A stretch of 64,000 bases of DNA, from contig CM126220.1 in NCBI GenBank assembly GCA_052327205.1, forward strand, positions 39,804,001 through 39,868,000. Reading direction: 5' to 3'. This document shows, in pieces, positions 1 to 12,345 of the stretch (position 1 is its first letter; each line of letters opens with the position of its first letter). The notes beneath the pieces were generated by a model that saw only the letters and a list, made by a program, of their open reading frames with translations, made no database searches and had not been told where the DNA came from. A program made the position numbers and the translations under genes. The DNA comes from Somniosus microcephalus (taxonomy: Eukaryota).

Positions 1-389
1 GGTAACAAAGCACTTAAAAAATATGATTAGGCAGAGTCAACATGGTTTTATGAAAGGGAAATCGTGTTTAACAAATTTATTCAAGTTTTTTGAGAATGTA
101 ACTGGAAGGGTAGATAAAGGGGAACCAGTGGATGAAGTATATTTGGATTTCCAAAAGGCTTTCGATAAGGTGCCACATCAAAGGTTGCGAAGTAAGATTA
201 GGGCTCAAGGGGTTGGGGGTAATATATTAGCATGGATAGAGGATTGGTTAACAGACAGAACACAGAAAGTAGGGATAAACAGGTCATTTTCCGGTTGGTA
301 GGCTATAACTAGTGGGGTGCCGCAAGGATCAGTGCCTGGGCCTCAGCTATTTACAATCTATGTTAATGACTTAGATGAAGGGACCAAGT

Positions 390-1886
390 GCCCTGGACAT
401 CAAGGCAGCATTTGACCGAGTGTGGCATCAAGGAGCCCTAGTAAAACCTGAGTCAATGGGAATCGGGGGGAAAATGCTCCACTGGCTGGAGTCATACCTA
501 GCACAAAGGAAGATGGCTGTGGTGGTTGAAGGTCAATCATCACAGCCCCAGGTCATCACTGCAGGAGATCTTCAGGGCAGTATCCTAGGCCCAACCATTT
601 TCAGCTGCTTCATCAATGACCTTCTCTCCAACATAAGGTCAGAAATGAGGATGTTCGCCAATGACTGCACAGTGTTCAGCACCATTCACAATTCCTCAGG
701 TAATGAAGCAGTCCACGCCCGCATGCAACAAGATATGGACGACGTTCAGGCTTGGGCTGATAAGTGGCAGGTAACATTCGCGCCACAGAAGTGCCAGGCA
801 ATGACTATCTCCAACAAGCGTGGATCTAACCACCGCCCCTTGACATTCAACGGTATTACCATCGCCGAATCCCCCACTATCAACATCCTGGGGGGTCACC
901 ATTGATCAGAAACTTAACTGGACCAGCCACATAAATACAGTGGCAACAAGAACAGGTCAGAGGCGGGGTATCCTGCGGCGAGTGTCTCACCTCCTGACTC
1001 CCCAAAGTCTTTCCACCATCTACGAGGCACAAGTAAGGAGTGCGATGGCATGCTCTCCACTTGCCTGGATAAGTGCAGCTCCAGCAACACTCAGGAAGCT
1101 CGACACCATCCATGACAAAGCAGCCCGCTTGATTGGCACCCCATCCACCACCTTAAATATTCACTCCCTCCACCGCTGGCGTACCGTGGCTGCAGTGTGT
1201 ACCATCTACAAGATGCACTGCAGAAACTCACCAAGGCTTCTTCGGCAGCACCTCCCAAACCCGCGACCTCTTCCACTTAGAAGGACGAGGGCAGCAGGCA
1301 CATGGGAACATCACCACCTCCAAGTTACACACCATCCTGACTTGGAAGTAAATCGCCATTCCTTTGTCGTTGCTGGATCAAAATCCTGGAACTCCCTACC
1401 TAATACAGGAAACTTTGGTTTATCCGGAGGTTGTATGCCCGGAAACCTTGATCTAACGGCAGAAATCAGCAGCCGTTTTGGTTAGTTTTTTTTTCTTCTC
1501 CTAGCATTTTTTTTTAAAAACAGTCAGGCTCTGGAAAGCATCTCTAGCTTAGCAACAGCTTCAGAGATGCTTCCAAGGTACGGGCCGAGTGTTTACAAGC
1601 TGTTGCTAAGCAACAGTGTTTGTTGTCAGATACGGAGATGAAAACCTCTGTATCCTTCAACATTAGCGCTGATCTATCCCGAAGTTTTGATAGATCGGCA
1701 GCAGCTCGGTCCCGTCGGTGCCGGATATCAGAACTTTTCCTGTAGCACTGTGGGAGTACCTTCACCACATGGACTGCAGCGGTTCAAGGCGGCAGCTCAC
1801 CACCACCTTCTCAAGGGCAACTAGGGATGGGCAATAAATGCTGGCCTTGCCAACGACGCCCAGATCCCATAAAACAAATTTAAAAA
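390..1886 (+). mobile_element. 5'-truncated LINE of a second RT family (CR1/Jockey-group like), nested in the CR1
   Basis: [26 protein letters not shown] (degenerate FADD) motifs; 3' end gggcaataaatgctggccttgcc followed by an A-rich tail. Confidence 0.85.
1406..1742. mobile_element. Tc1/mariner (Tigger/pogo-like) MITE
   Basis: TA on both sides; imperfect TIRs caggaaactttggtttatccgg / ccggatatcagaacttttcctg; interrupts the host LINE 3' region. Confidence 0.75.
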
Positions 1887-2844
1887 ATGTATCCAAGTTT
1901 GCCGACGATACAAATCTAGGCGGGAAAGTAAGCTGTGAGGACACAAAGAGCCTGCAAAGGGATATAGACAGGTTAAGTGAGTGGGCAATAAAGTGGCAGA
2001 TGGAGTATAATGTGGGGAAATGTGAGGTTATTCACTTTGGTCAGAAGACTAGAAACACAGAATATTTTTTAAATGGTGAGAAACTGAAATTTTGGTGTTG
2101 AGAGAGATTTAGTTGTCCTCTTATAGGAAATACAGAAGTTAGCGTGCAGGTACAGCAAGCAATTAGGAAGGCGAATGGCATGTTGGTCTTTACTGCAAGG
2201 GGGTTGGAGTACAAGAGTAAGGAAGTCTTACCACAGGGCTTTGGTGAGACCGCACCTGGAGTACTGCGCACAGTTTTGGTCTCCTTATCTGAGGAAGGAC
2301 ATACTTGCCTTGGAGGCGGTACAACGAAGGTTTACTAGATTGATCCCTGGGATGAGAGGGAGGGTTGTCCTATGAGGAGAGATTGAGCAAATTGGGCCTA
2401 TACTCTCTGGAGTTTAGAAGAATGAGGTAATCTCATTGAAACATAGATTCTGAGGGGGATTGACGGGGTAGATGCCGAGAGGTTGTTTCCTCTGGCTGGA
2501 GAGTCTAGGACTAGGGGGCATAGTCTCAGGACAAGGGGCCGACCATTTAAGACTGAGATGAGGAGGAATTTCTTCACTCAGAGGGTTGTGAATCTTTGGA
2601 ATTCTCTACCCTAAAGGGCTGTGGATATTCAAGACTGAGATAGATAGATTTTTGGATTCTAGGGGAATCAAGGGATATGGAGATAGGGCGGGAAAGTGGA
2701 GTTGCGGTCGAAGATCAGCCATGATCTTATTGAATGGCGGAGCAGGCTCGAGGGGTGTATGGCCTACTCCTGCTCCTAATTCTTATGTTCTTATGTCAGG
2801 CTGAGAAACTCTTGCAAGCCAATTTACCCATATGATTTACCCAT

Positions 2845-3440
2845 ATGACCTCAGAGACATGGACCATGTACAGCAGGCACCTCAAAGCACTGGAGAGGTA
2901 CCACCAACGCTGCCTCCGCAAGATCCTGCAAATCCATTGGCAGAATAGGCGCACCAACGTCAGTGTTCTTGCTCAGGCCAACATCCCCAGCATCGAAGCT
3001 TTGACCACGCTCGATCAGCTCCGATGGACGGGTCACATTGTCCGCATGCCCGATAAGAGACTCCCAAAACAAGCGCTCTACTCGGAGCTCCGGCACAGCA
3101 AGGGAGCCCCAGGTGGGCAGAGGAAACGCTTCAAGAACACCCTCAAAGCCTCCTTGAAAAAGTGCAACATCCCCATCGACACCTGGGAATCCCTGGCCCA
3201 AGACCGCACAAAGTGGAGGAGAAGCATCCGGGAAGGCGCCGAACACAGAGTCTCTTCGCCGAGAGCAAGCGAAAGCCAAGCGCAGGCACCCCACCCACCC
3301 GGCCCTTCAGCCACCGTCTGCCCCACCTGTGACAGAGACTGTAGGTCCCGCATTGGATTCATCAGTCACCTGAGAACTCATTTTTAATGTGGAATCAAGT
3401 CATCCTCGGTTCTGAGGGACTGCCTGAGAGAGAGATGATG
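2845..3440 (+). mobile_element. RTE-clade LINE 3' fragment
   Basis: QLRWTGHIVRMPDKRLPKQALYSEL, GGQRKRFKNTLK and a C-terminal CxxC...H motif (CPTCDRDCRSRIGFISHLRTH) typical of RTE ORFs. Confidence 0.88.
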
Positions 3441-4091
3441 TTGCCATGAACACTTACACCTAGGTTGTCTGATTGTGACCACTGATGGTAACCTATAAAT
3501 TTCAGTGGGCTCCCATTAGTATTACAATCAGGAAACCTAGGGCCTTGGTGTTTAGGCAACAACAGTTTAAAAAAAAAAGTCCTGACATAAAAAATGTTTT
3601 CTCTCTCATTTAAAAAAAGAGGCACTTTATTCTCTAAAGGAATCCACAGTATCTAACACACAGTATCGAACAGAAATACATTTCTTAATGTTATTTAAAA
3701 TGCAGTTAATTTTTTTTAACCCACTCAAGTAAGCAGTGACTAGACAGGTGGATATACAGTAGAAGGCTGGTTAATCAGCTTTATTCATCTGTACAATATG
3801 AGAAACTCTTTACTAGGCTGAAAGCTTTTCAAATGATAAATTTGATAATTCAAAGTCTTTTCTGCTCACTGGAGTATAGAGTGTATTAAACAAAACTAAT
3901 CTTGCTTTCGCCCCCCTCCCCCAGCGAGTAATTTTTAATCCCTGAGCAATGCCACTGGAGATCAATAAGCATTATGATTAAATGCAAGACAACAGACTTA
4001 GTGAAGCTCAAATAGCTTTCACTTTATTATTATTTGTGGAATATTTGCATATTCCAAACTTTTACCATCTGCTTAAACAAATAACTCTTAC

Positions 4092-4209
4092 CTCTTTCCT
4101 GAGTTTCTCTAGTTCTTTGTCTCTATCTGTGATCAAGGCACTAGTAGTAGTGATGGATTTCTGTAAGGAGTTTTTGTCTTCATCAAACTCTTTCTTTAAT
4201 AAAGATTCT
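4092..4209 (-). CDS. CLIP1: CLIP1 exon, 118 nt, phase 2-0 ([39 protein letters not shown])
   Basis: ttctgcag|A ... GAG|gtaaga; human [39 protein letters not shown]. Confidence 0.95.
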
Positions 4210-7200
4210 CTGCAGAAAAATGAAATGTCTCAGAAAACTACCAAACCACAAATGTTTAAAAAGGCTAAATTCTAGTTTCACATTCACTGGTATACAGCAG
4301 CATACAACTGTCCAAAATTAACCAAATCAAGCCACTATCAAAATTCAGTATGCAGACATTACTCATTACAATATTTTTGTACTTTTTTTTTTAGAAATAG
4401 GAAATCTCATACTTACATTTTCACTGTTTGTTGTGTCAATATTGTGACATTTTAGAACTGCAGTAAGACATAAAAACTATTCCAAAGTAGTTCGGGCCAC
4501 ACTGACACCAAATTGCATTTAAGGTCATCTGAACATGCATAGTTTTGCATACCAATGACTGTATCCATGTTATTTATAAAGCACAGTACTGTTCAATTCA
4601 ACAAAATAGTATATTTTACAGTTAAAATACTAATTCAACACAAAAATACACACAAAATCCTAACTCAGTTAATGTCAGATCTGACATCCATTCAAGGCAC
4701 ATGATGCCAAGCAACAACGGTTACATGCGTAGCTCCACTGCAATTACCAGTGCCATGCAAATATGAATCTGTTGTGAACCCTGCTGATATCTGCATGTTC
4801 CCTCTCTGCAAGTGGTACTGACCTGAACTTTCAAACGACAGACTATAAATAATTACGTTTACACAGATTTAAGCTTGGAAGAGGAAACATTCAGATCCAG
4901 TAGGCTAAGTGCAGGTTCATTAAGACACAGAGCATGCTAAACGAAATGAAACCAATTCTTTGAGCGGAGATGGCAATATAAACTGCTAAATTGATTTCCA
5001 TGCTATCAGTCATAATCAGGAATGAGAAAATTAAGTGGAGAATCTGGGTTTTAAAGCAACAGAACACAATGCTTGTCAAGTGACCCTGGTCCCACCTGAC
5101 AGCCATTTCTATTTATTGCTCAGTGCAAAGTTGTTTAAAATATCAGATAAACAGAACAGGATTGGCAACTGATGCAGTGAATTTGGTTTCCCCCACTATG
5201 TGCAATCTTTTGTGATAAGCTTAAGTTTGTTGTTTCTGAAACACTTCAAAAGATCATTCATGCATTTTGATATATTTCTGAATGCTGGCTGTTGCTTTAT
5301 AATCTATATAGATTTTCAAATCACCTTCCTTCTGTCTTTTGGTAAATATTTAAATTTTGAAATCTTTTAGAATTCTCTCTGATCTGCTTGAAGACCCCTT
5401 TTCTGCTGAATACATTTCCATTCTTGTGCGTATATATTGTCCACACTGGTGGACCTTATGCAGTGTGGCAAGCCGTTTTGTAACTTGAGCTCCAATGGCA
5501 ACCTCCCTGCTGATCCTCGTAGAACCACACGAGTGATGCAGGCACTATTAACTAAAAGCACTCAACCCTTAAAAAACCTCTGCCAGAAAGAGGTGATTTT
5601 CTGGTGGGGAAATGAAAAACTGGATCGCGATATCTGAACCGCCTCACGGGAGAAACCACTGCCTGGTACAGGGACAGGTTATGGCAGTTTTTTTCAATTG
5701 CTGTTTTTCCAAGTGTAGTGTTACTGTGACAAAACAAAGAGAAGCAAGAAGACCCTACACATAGAAATTTGTATTATACAGATGCACAGTGAAGTCCCCT
5801 TCACCTCTATGTTGCAGAATATTTGCAAGCTAGAAGTAGCTAGTGATAGTAAAAGATGACGCATCAATAATTTAGCTTGCAGCCAGCTATTGATGAATGA
5901 GGAATGCAAATGTAAATTAAATAGCGCATAACAGAAATTACAATATAAAAATGTTAATATTGTATAGCTTGTATTTTATTTGTCTTTTTTGTTCTGCGGG
6001 TTATATTCTTGAAGATGAGGAGTATCAGTGCTAGGGAATAGAACATATTTTCCATTTTTGTCACTCATGTCAGCACCAGGCACAGCATGGCTGCTGCAGG
6101 CAAATTCAACTCTAATTTAGCAGGACCCCTGCATCAGCAGTTCCAATGAGGCACCGGGATTCAAATTTTGCACTAATTGGTGGAAAGTTTTGTGCTGTCA
6201 GTGCCCAAAGGAACTAATTTGATGCTGCCCAAATTCAGCAGTGAGAAGAGACGTTCACTCCATCAGGTTAATAATGCACTGTACCAGGATGCAAGTCACT
6301 GTCTGTATTTTCTCTCACATTCCAAAAACTTGGCCATGCCATCTGGAGCTAGGCAAAATTAAGCAGTGGCCAGATCCCCACAGGAAAATAAATCTGGGCC
6401 ATGAATTATTGTAGTCGTAGTCTCAGTCCCGTGTACCTGCTAGTGGATGGTTAGAGAGCAGCACTGGTGGAAGCCTTGGTGTAGATTGCCTATCTGATTT
6501 ATTTTGTAGGAACTGATGAATGGATGAAAGAACTAAGGAAGGAGAGGAAATGTACTGCAAAATAAAAAAAGTTAACTCAAGTCACAAATACTTTCCCCAA
6601 AAACTTGGAGAATAAAGTGGTATTCTTTGCAAAGTATGAAAACAGCTCAATGGTTTATGTAAATACACTGTGGTGGAGTAGCTTAATTCCATGTGGTGGG
6701 ATTACTCAAATGCTGTAGTATGATGTCAATTTAGCACATGATGCTGCAGTACTGCTGTATGATCGAGGACAAGGTTACTTCAATACAATTATAGCAGGCA
6801 TCGACATTTCAGTATCACGTATATCATTATAAAATGAATCCGCAAGTGGTGAGGACTTACTTTAAACTCTGCTAACTAATGAAATCCTTTGTAAAGAACA
6901 AGGCTCAATGGTTTAAAATCCTGTTTGCCAAAGTATCAGAGTATTTCTAAAATTCTGAAAACTAAATTTACTTTCAGGATGGAAAGATTAAGCTCATCAT
7001 TCTCTCAGTGCATCAAATGACACTTGGGTGGTCTGCAATCTGGTTTAAATCAGCATGAAGATCTTTACAGCAACAGATACAGGCAAAGGTTTTCTTAAGG
7101 ATGAAGTCCGAAATACAGCTGGAATGGGAGTTATAAAAAGTATTGCTTAAGTATGGTGGAATATCAGCATCGCATAGGGTAGGAACTTTGGATATGATTG

Positions 7201-7494
7201 AAGGGAAAACGTGCTCTAGCAAAACTCAATGTAAATGGAACGACACTGCTCAGTAGTCAGAGTTTTACAGCACAGAAAGAGGCTGCCAAGCAAATATTTA
7301 GAATGCACCCAGGTTACCTATTTATCCTTTCAGATCTTGAGCATTTCTTGATCTAATGCTGCCAATTCAAAGAGAAAAGATAGATGCCTATTTAAACCTC
7401 AATTTAATTAACTCAGAGTTTGAAAGGGCGAATTGGTGGATTCCAACTCACTCACTTTTTTTGTTGAAGAACCAAACTGCTGATCCCTCTCTAT

Positions 7495-8500
7495 ATAGGA
7501 TATACGGCACAGAAACAGGCCATTTGGCCCAACCAGTCCATGCCGGTGTTTATGCTCCACTCGAGCCTCCTCCCGTCTTTCCTCAGCTAAATCTATCAGC
7601 ATAACCCTCTATTCCCTTTTCCCTCATATGCTTGCCTAGCCTCCCCTTAAATGCATCTATACTAATCGCTTCAACCATTCCCTGTGGTAGCGAGTTCCAC
7701 ATTCTCACCACTCTTTGGGTGAAGAAGTTTCTTCTGAATACCCTATTGGATTTCTTGGTGACTATCTTAAATTGATGGCCTCTAGTTTTGCTCTTCCCCA
7801 CAAGTGGAAACATTCTCTCTGTATCTACTCCATCAACATTTTTCATAATTTTAAAGACCTCTATTAGGTCATCCCTCAGCCTTTTTTCCAAGAGAAAAAA
7901 AAGAGACCCAGCCTGTTCATCCTTTCCCGATATGTATACCCTCGCATTTCTGGTATCATCCTTGTAAATCTTCTCTGCACCTTCTCCAGTGCCTCTATAT
8001 CTTTTTATAATATGGCGACCAGAACTGTACGCAGTACTCGTGTGGTCTAATCAAGGTTCGATACAGATTTAGCATAACTTCCCTATTTTTCAATTCTACA
8101 CCTCTAGAAATAAACCCAAGTGCTTGGTTTGCTTTTTTATGGCCTTGCTAACCTGTGTTGCAACGTTTAGTGATTTGTGTATTTGTCCTCCTAGATTCCT
8201 TTGTTCCTCTACCCCACCTAGACTCGCACCCTCCAAGTGATAAGTGACCTCCCTACCAAAATGTAATACCTCACATTTATTCTGTGTTGAACTTCATTTG
8301 CCAATTATATGCCCATTCTGCAAGTTTATTAATGTCCTCCTGTAACTTGTTGTAGTCCTCCTCAGTATTGACTATCCTACCCAAATTGGTGTCATCCAAA
8401 AATTTAGAAACTGTATTTTTGATTCCCAAGTCTAAATCGTTACTGTAAATTGTGAACAGCAGTGGTCCCAGCACTGATCCTTGTGGAACACCACTACCCT
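7495..8500 (-). mobile_element. CR1-like LINE 3' fragment
   Basis: LGPLLFTIY, SKFLDDT, RRNFFTQRVVRMWNSLP motifs on the minus strand. Confidence 0.88.
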
Positions 8501-8700
8501 AATTTTGCTGATCTGCCCAGGTTGATTTTCATCCTGGTTTGCATCCCCATAATTAACACTTGACATTCAATTGAGTGTTAGTCTATCCTTTCTTCTCTTA
8601 CCTGTCCAACTCCTACCTAAATTGGATCATCAATTTGAAACAATGCCAAATCAGCAATTATTCCCAACGATATTTAACACAAATGGGTGTATAAAAATGT

Positions 8701-9422
8701 TGGACCTGAAATTGCGGTCAGAGGCTTCCTGCAGGCGAATGCCTCCAATCCGCACAAGTACGCACCTACCTGGTGTCTCTGTATCTTCAGACTCTTGCAG
8801 TCCTGGGCCTGCAAGCGTACGCCTGTGTAAAGGCCCACGTATCCCAGGGGCGCAGGCGGTTTGCAAGCATCCCTGGGATCACGTGCGCCGGCCCAACCAA
8901 TCACAAAAGGGGATTCCCATTATGCTTGTGGGTATTCAATCCCCATAAGCATATTAGAAATCGCATAAAAACATTTTCACACAACCTAAATAAAAATAAA
9001 TCACGTTTAAAATAAAATAATTTATTTAAACATTTAAAACAAAAATTTAATTTTGAAAAATAAATTTAAACATTTATAAAGGGGCCAAAAATGACCTAAT
9101 CTAATTTTAATGATTTTCAAATGTTTAAATGATTTAAAAAACTGTATTTTAATATTTATTTTCATCCTTAGGCTGGTAAAAGGCCCTAAGCCTGCTTTTA
9201 CCAGGCGTAAGTTTCGTGAGCATTCGCTGAGCAATAGTTGGGCAAATAGTCCAACTCTCCGCCAGCGAATGTCCATTTCCTGCGCATACGGATGATTTGT
9301 CAAGCTGAAACTTGATAGATCGCAAGTTCTGGGTTTACGCGCATGCGGAAACTCAACTTGCGGGGCACTTACGACTGCGTACTCTGCGCGTATGTGGTCA
9401 TAGGCCCTGTAAAATCCGGGCT
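8701..9422. mobile_element. Putative non-autonomous DNA element (CpG-rich arms, AT-rich core)
   Basis: Abrupt CpG-rich segment with weakly inverted ends (ggacctgaaatt / aaaatccgggc); architecture similar to 46775-48195. Confidence 0.45.
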
Positions 9423-11439
9423 GTTACATTTGTTCATTAGCTTTTTTAATGCAAGTCAATAATTTAATACTAAATTTTTATCAGACATTTCAATCCTTCA
9501 TCTTCTGAATTCTAACCGCTACTGCTGTGTAGAGTCAAATATCAGAAGGTACTCATTAAGAAGCATGATTGATCCTTGCAGAAGCATACTAGGACTACAA
9601 GTAGTGCATTCCATGTCTGTTAATTTGTTACAAATTGCTAATGTTTAAAAAAGTGTCTTGGATGTACTTGGTGGTCCAATAATTTTGGGTAAATCTTGGA
9701 CCTTCATTACAACTGTTTTATAGAAGGTTTTCCAATTAATGTCCTTGATATGTTTAATTGGCTTGTTTTATTATCAAAGGATTGTTGAAGCAGAACAAAA
9801 AAACAGTAAAGAAAAAAATACATTTGGTGCAACATCAACTATGCTTTTAACAGGGATCTGAACATCTCAGATTAAAAGTACCAAGCGAGAAAGGGAAATT
9901 GATCAAAAGACTTCACAGAAAAACTAGCGAACACCCATTAGCATACAAATATGGATTGATAAACTGGCTCAACATTTGAGAAGCAGGAATGTAAAGGTTT
10001 ACAGGATAATTTCTATTATCCTTGATTATTTTCAAACAAAAAATGTGGAGGCTGCCAATGGGATCACCAGAGGTGAGCACATGCTGTCTTTAGTGGCCAC
10101 CTCAGCAGCTGGAACGCCTATAGTTGGCATTAGGAAATAACATTGATCAGCTTTGCTGGACACAGCAGGTAGGTGGGCGAAAGAGCTTTAAGTTGGCAAA
10201 GGAGCAACAGAGCAAAAGAATAGTGTGTTGCTAAAGTCTCTCAATTATATGCTAATTCCTATTTGCCAGGGATCACCTCCATAATGAATGGGTCTGTGTG
10301 CATGTTGTGTTTTGCTTTGAAGATCTGGACCATACCCTATTGGGGAAAAATACTTAGAAATATCTAGAAATTTGGAAATGCTAAAATATGATTGCTGATT
10401 AATAGTTACAGTGCAACCCTTCTTGGTGAAATCTGATCTTCATCTCTCATATCAGGAGCCCTTTGAGTGCGACAGATCAAACGTTTCACGAAATGGACTA
10501 AATAGTCAGCTCAGGTTCAGCTACAACTTTGAAGTTACTCTATATTTTTTGCATTCAAAATGTGATTCAGAAAATCTCAAATCCATAGAAAGTGCAATGA
10601 ATCTCTGCATTTTTCAAATTATGACCGAGTTGAAAATGAGTGTGCTGGAAGAAAGGCAATAACCTGAGACGGTCTATTTCCTGGACTCAACTAAATATCG
10701 CAATTACATTCCTTTAAAAACAGATTCTGTGCCTTACGATTTAAAGTGTCAGTTTGAATCGATTTGAAAGGCAACTTGCCACTTGAACATATGAACTGAA
10801 TGATGGTAGATTAGCACTCAGATTATCATTGTTGTTTCTCTGGAATACAAGACTTTTGCACTTTCCAAACACCTTAGGGATCATTTTCCGATTTTATGTT
10901 CCCACCAGGTGTACATTTTTGAAATGTGGGCGAATACTACATGATTTTCCAACCAGTAATTTAAATGGTCAGAAAATAAAGCAGCATATGTCTGAATTTT
11001 CGATATCAGTGGGTAAGGCTCCCGCCAATAGTACAAAGTCAGAAAGTTACTCCTTTAGTGCCATCAACAACCAAACTCAGCTCACAAATAATGTGGGACA
11101 AAGAATACACTTTCCTCTCCACTACCTCTTAACCCAACATCAGAAGAGCCCCCACCCCCGCTGCTGCATTAGTAGGTAACACTTCAATTTTCCACATCCG
11201 ATGTGTGTGTGGGTCAAGTTAGAACTAAATTATGGGCAGTTTTACGTTGTGCACTCTAAGGACTGACTTCAGATGGTCCAAACACATTTCCCTTAGAACT
11301 CCTTTACAGCCACCAGAGAGAGATAATCACCCCATCAGTCAGGGCAGAATTTAAATTCAAGTTCCAGAGGTGAAAGGACAACTTTCTAAACCACTGGATC
11401 CGATTTGCCTCTCCAAGGTGAGTAATAATTTCAATATAA

Positions 11440-11880
11440 CAGGTGTGTTATTCTTAATCAGTCACATGGTGAATGAAAGCCTTTTTTTGCTCAGTAATGT
11501 GGAACAGTCTTAAGAAAAGCCCTTGATGCTGTGTCTATTAATTCCTTCAAATAATGCTTGGATACATACATGGTTCGGAATGGGATTGAAGATTATATGG
11601 ATAAATATTGAGGGGTGATCATATACTCCATAGAACACAATGGTTCCACTGATGTTTTGACCGTGGAAACGTCATGAAAACAACTGGCCAGGTTTCAAAA
11701 CTGAGTTTTAAATGTAGAGAGGTATTGTGCAGCTTTGCTCCACTATGTTGGTTAGAGAGAAATGTTACAGAACTTGTTGTCAGATGATTAAAAAAGGATG
11801 CAAACTACTTTAGGGCTGATTGTATATGGTCTGGAAGAGGCAAGCTTGATGGGCTGCATGGCCTTTTTGTGTTCGTGCTT
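11440..11880 (+). mobile_element. Old, degraded CR1 3' end
   Basis: Remnants of the 'tgtggaacagtct...ttggatacatacatg' segment and a 'gatgggctgcatggcct' tail. Confidence 0.5.
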
Positions 11881-12324
11881 ACATTTTTAGGTGAACTGGA
11901 AAATTAGTATTTCTTTACACAATTTCATTGGAGTGCACTGCAGTTGCATTCTAGTGTAGATAACAATGATCAAATATGGTGTAAATAAAGTAGACTAGAA
12001 AAAACCTCAATAAATTATTCTTAAAAGTATGTCGCTGTGATTACATTTTTCAAACAATTATTCTGAACCCAAAACTCCTAATTATCAGATTGGATGTTTG
12101 GAATGAAGGCTCGGTTCTCAAAATGCCAGCATTATCTGCAACTACACAGGAATCCCAATAACTATTGTAAGTAATAACAGTATTTAGACTAACTACTAAC
12201 ATTTCTCCAAAACAAATTTAGCAGTGCTTTTTGTTTTTGTAATTTGTATCAAAGGTTCCTTGCATCACCCAGATTCTCCTCTTACTATGAAAGTAAGAAA
12301 AAAGTCTAGTCATGAAGCAAATAC

Positions 12325-12345
12325 CTTAAAGTGTTATTGGGCAAG
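12325..12345 (-). CDS. CLIP1: CLIP1 21-nt alternative microexon (SLPNNTLR across junctions)
   Basis: ttttaaag|CTTGCCCAATAACACTTTAAG|gtattt; phase 2-2; CTAAC branch point at 12377-12381; resembles the SLPSNTLR insert I recall from mammalian CLIP1 isoforms. Confidence 0.82.

Larger units (their letters stand above)
1..2796 (+). mobile_element. CR1/HER1-like LINE, RT and 3' end, decayed and interrupted at about 390-1885 by a second LINE
   Basis: [48 protein letters not shown] motifs with frameshifts; tail gatcagccatgatcttattgaatggcggagcagg...(tcttatgt)n. Confidence 0.92.

Noticed and set aside
6861-6868. Short AG...gtaagt segment
   Set aside because: It is 8 nt, shifts the frame, contains an in-frame TAA and has no good pyrimidine tract.
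8602-8616. 15-nt candidate microexon with a strong CAG|gtaaga donor
   Set aside because: It has an immediate in-frame TAG in phase 2 and a weak acceptor.
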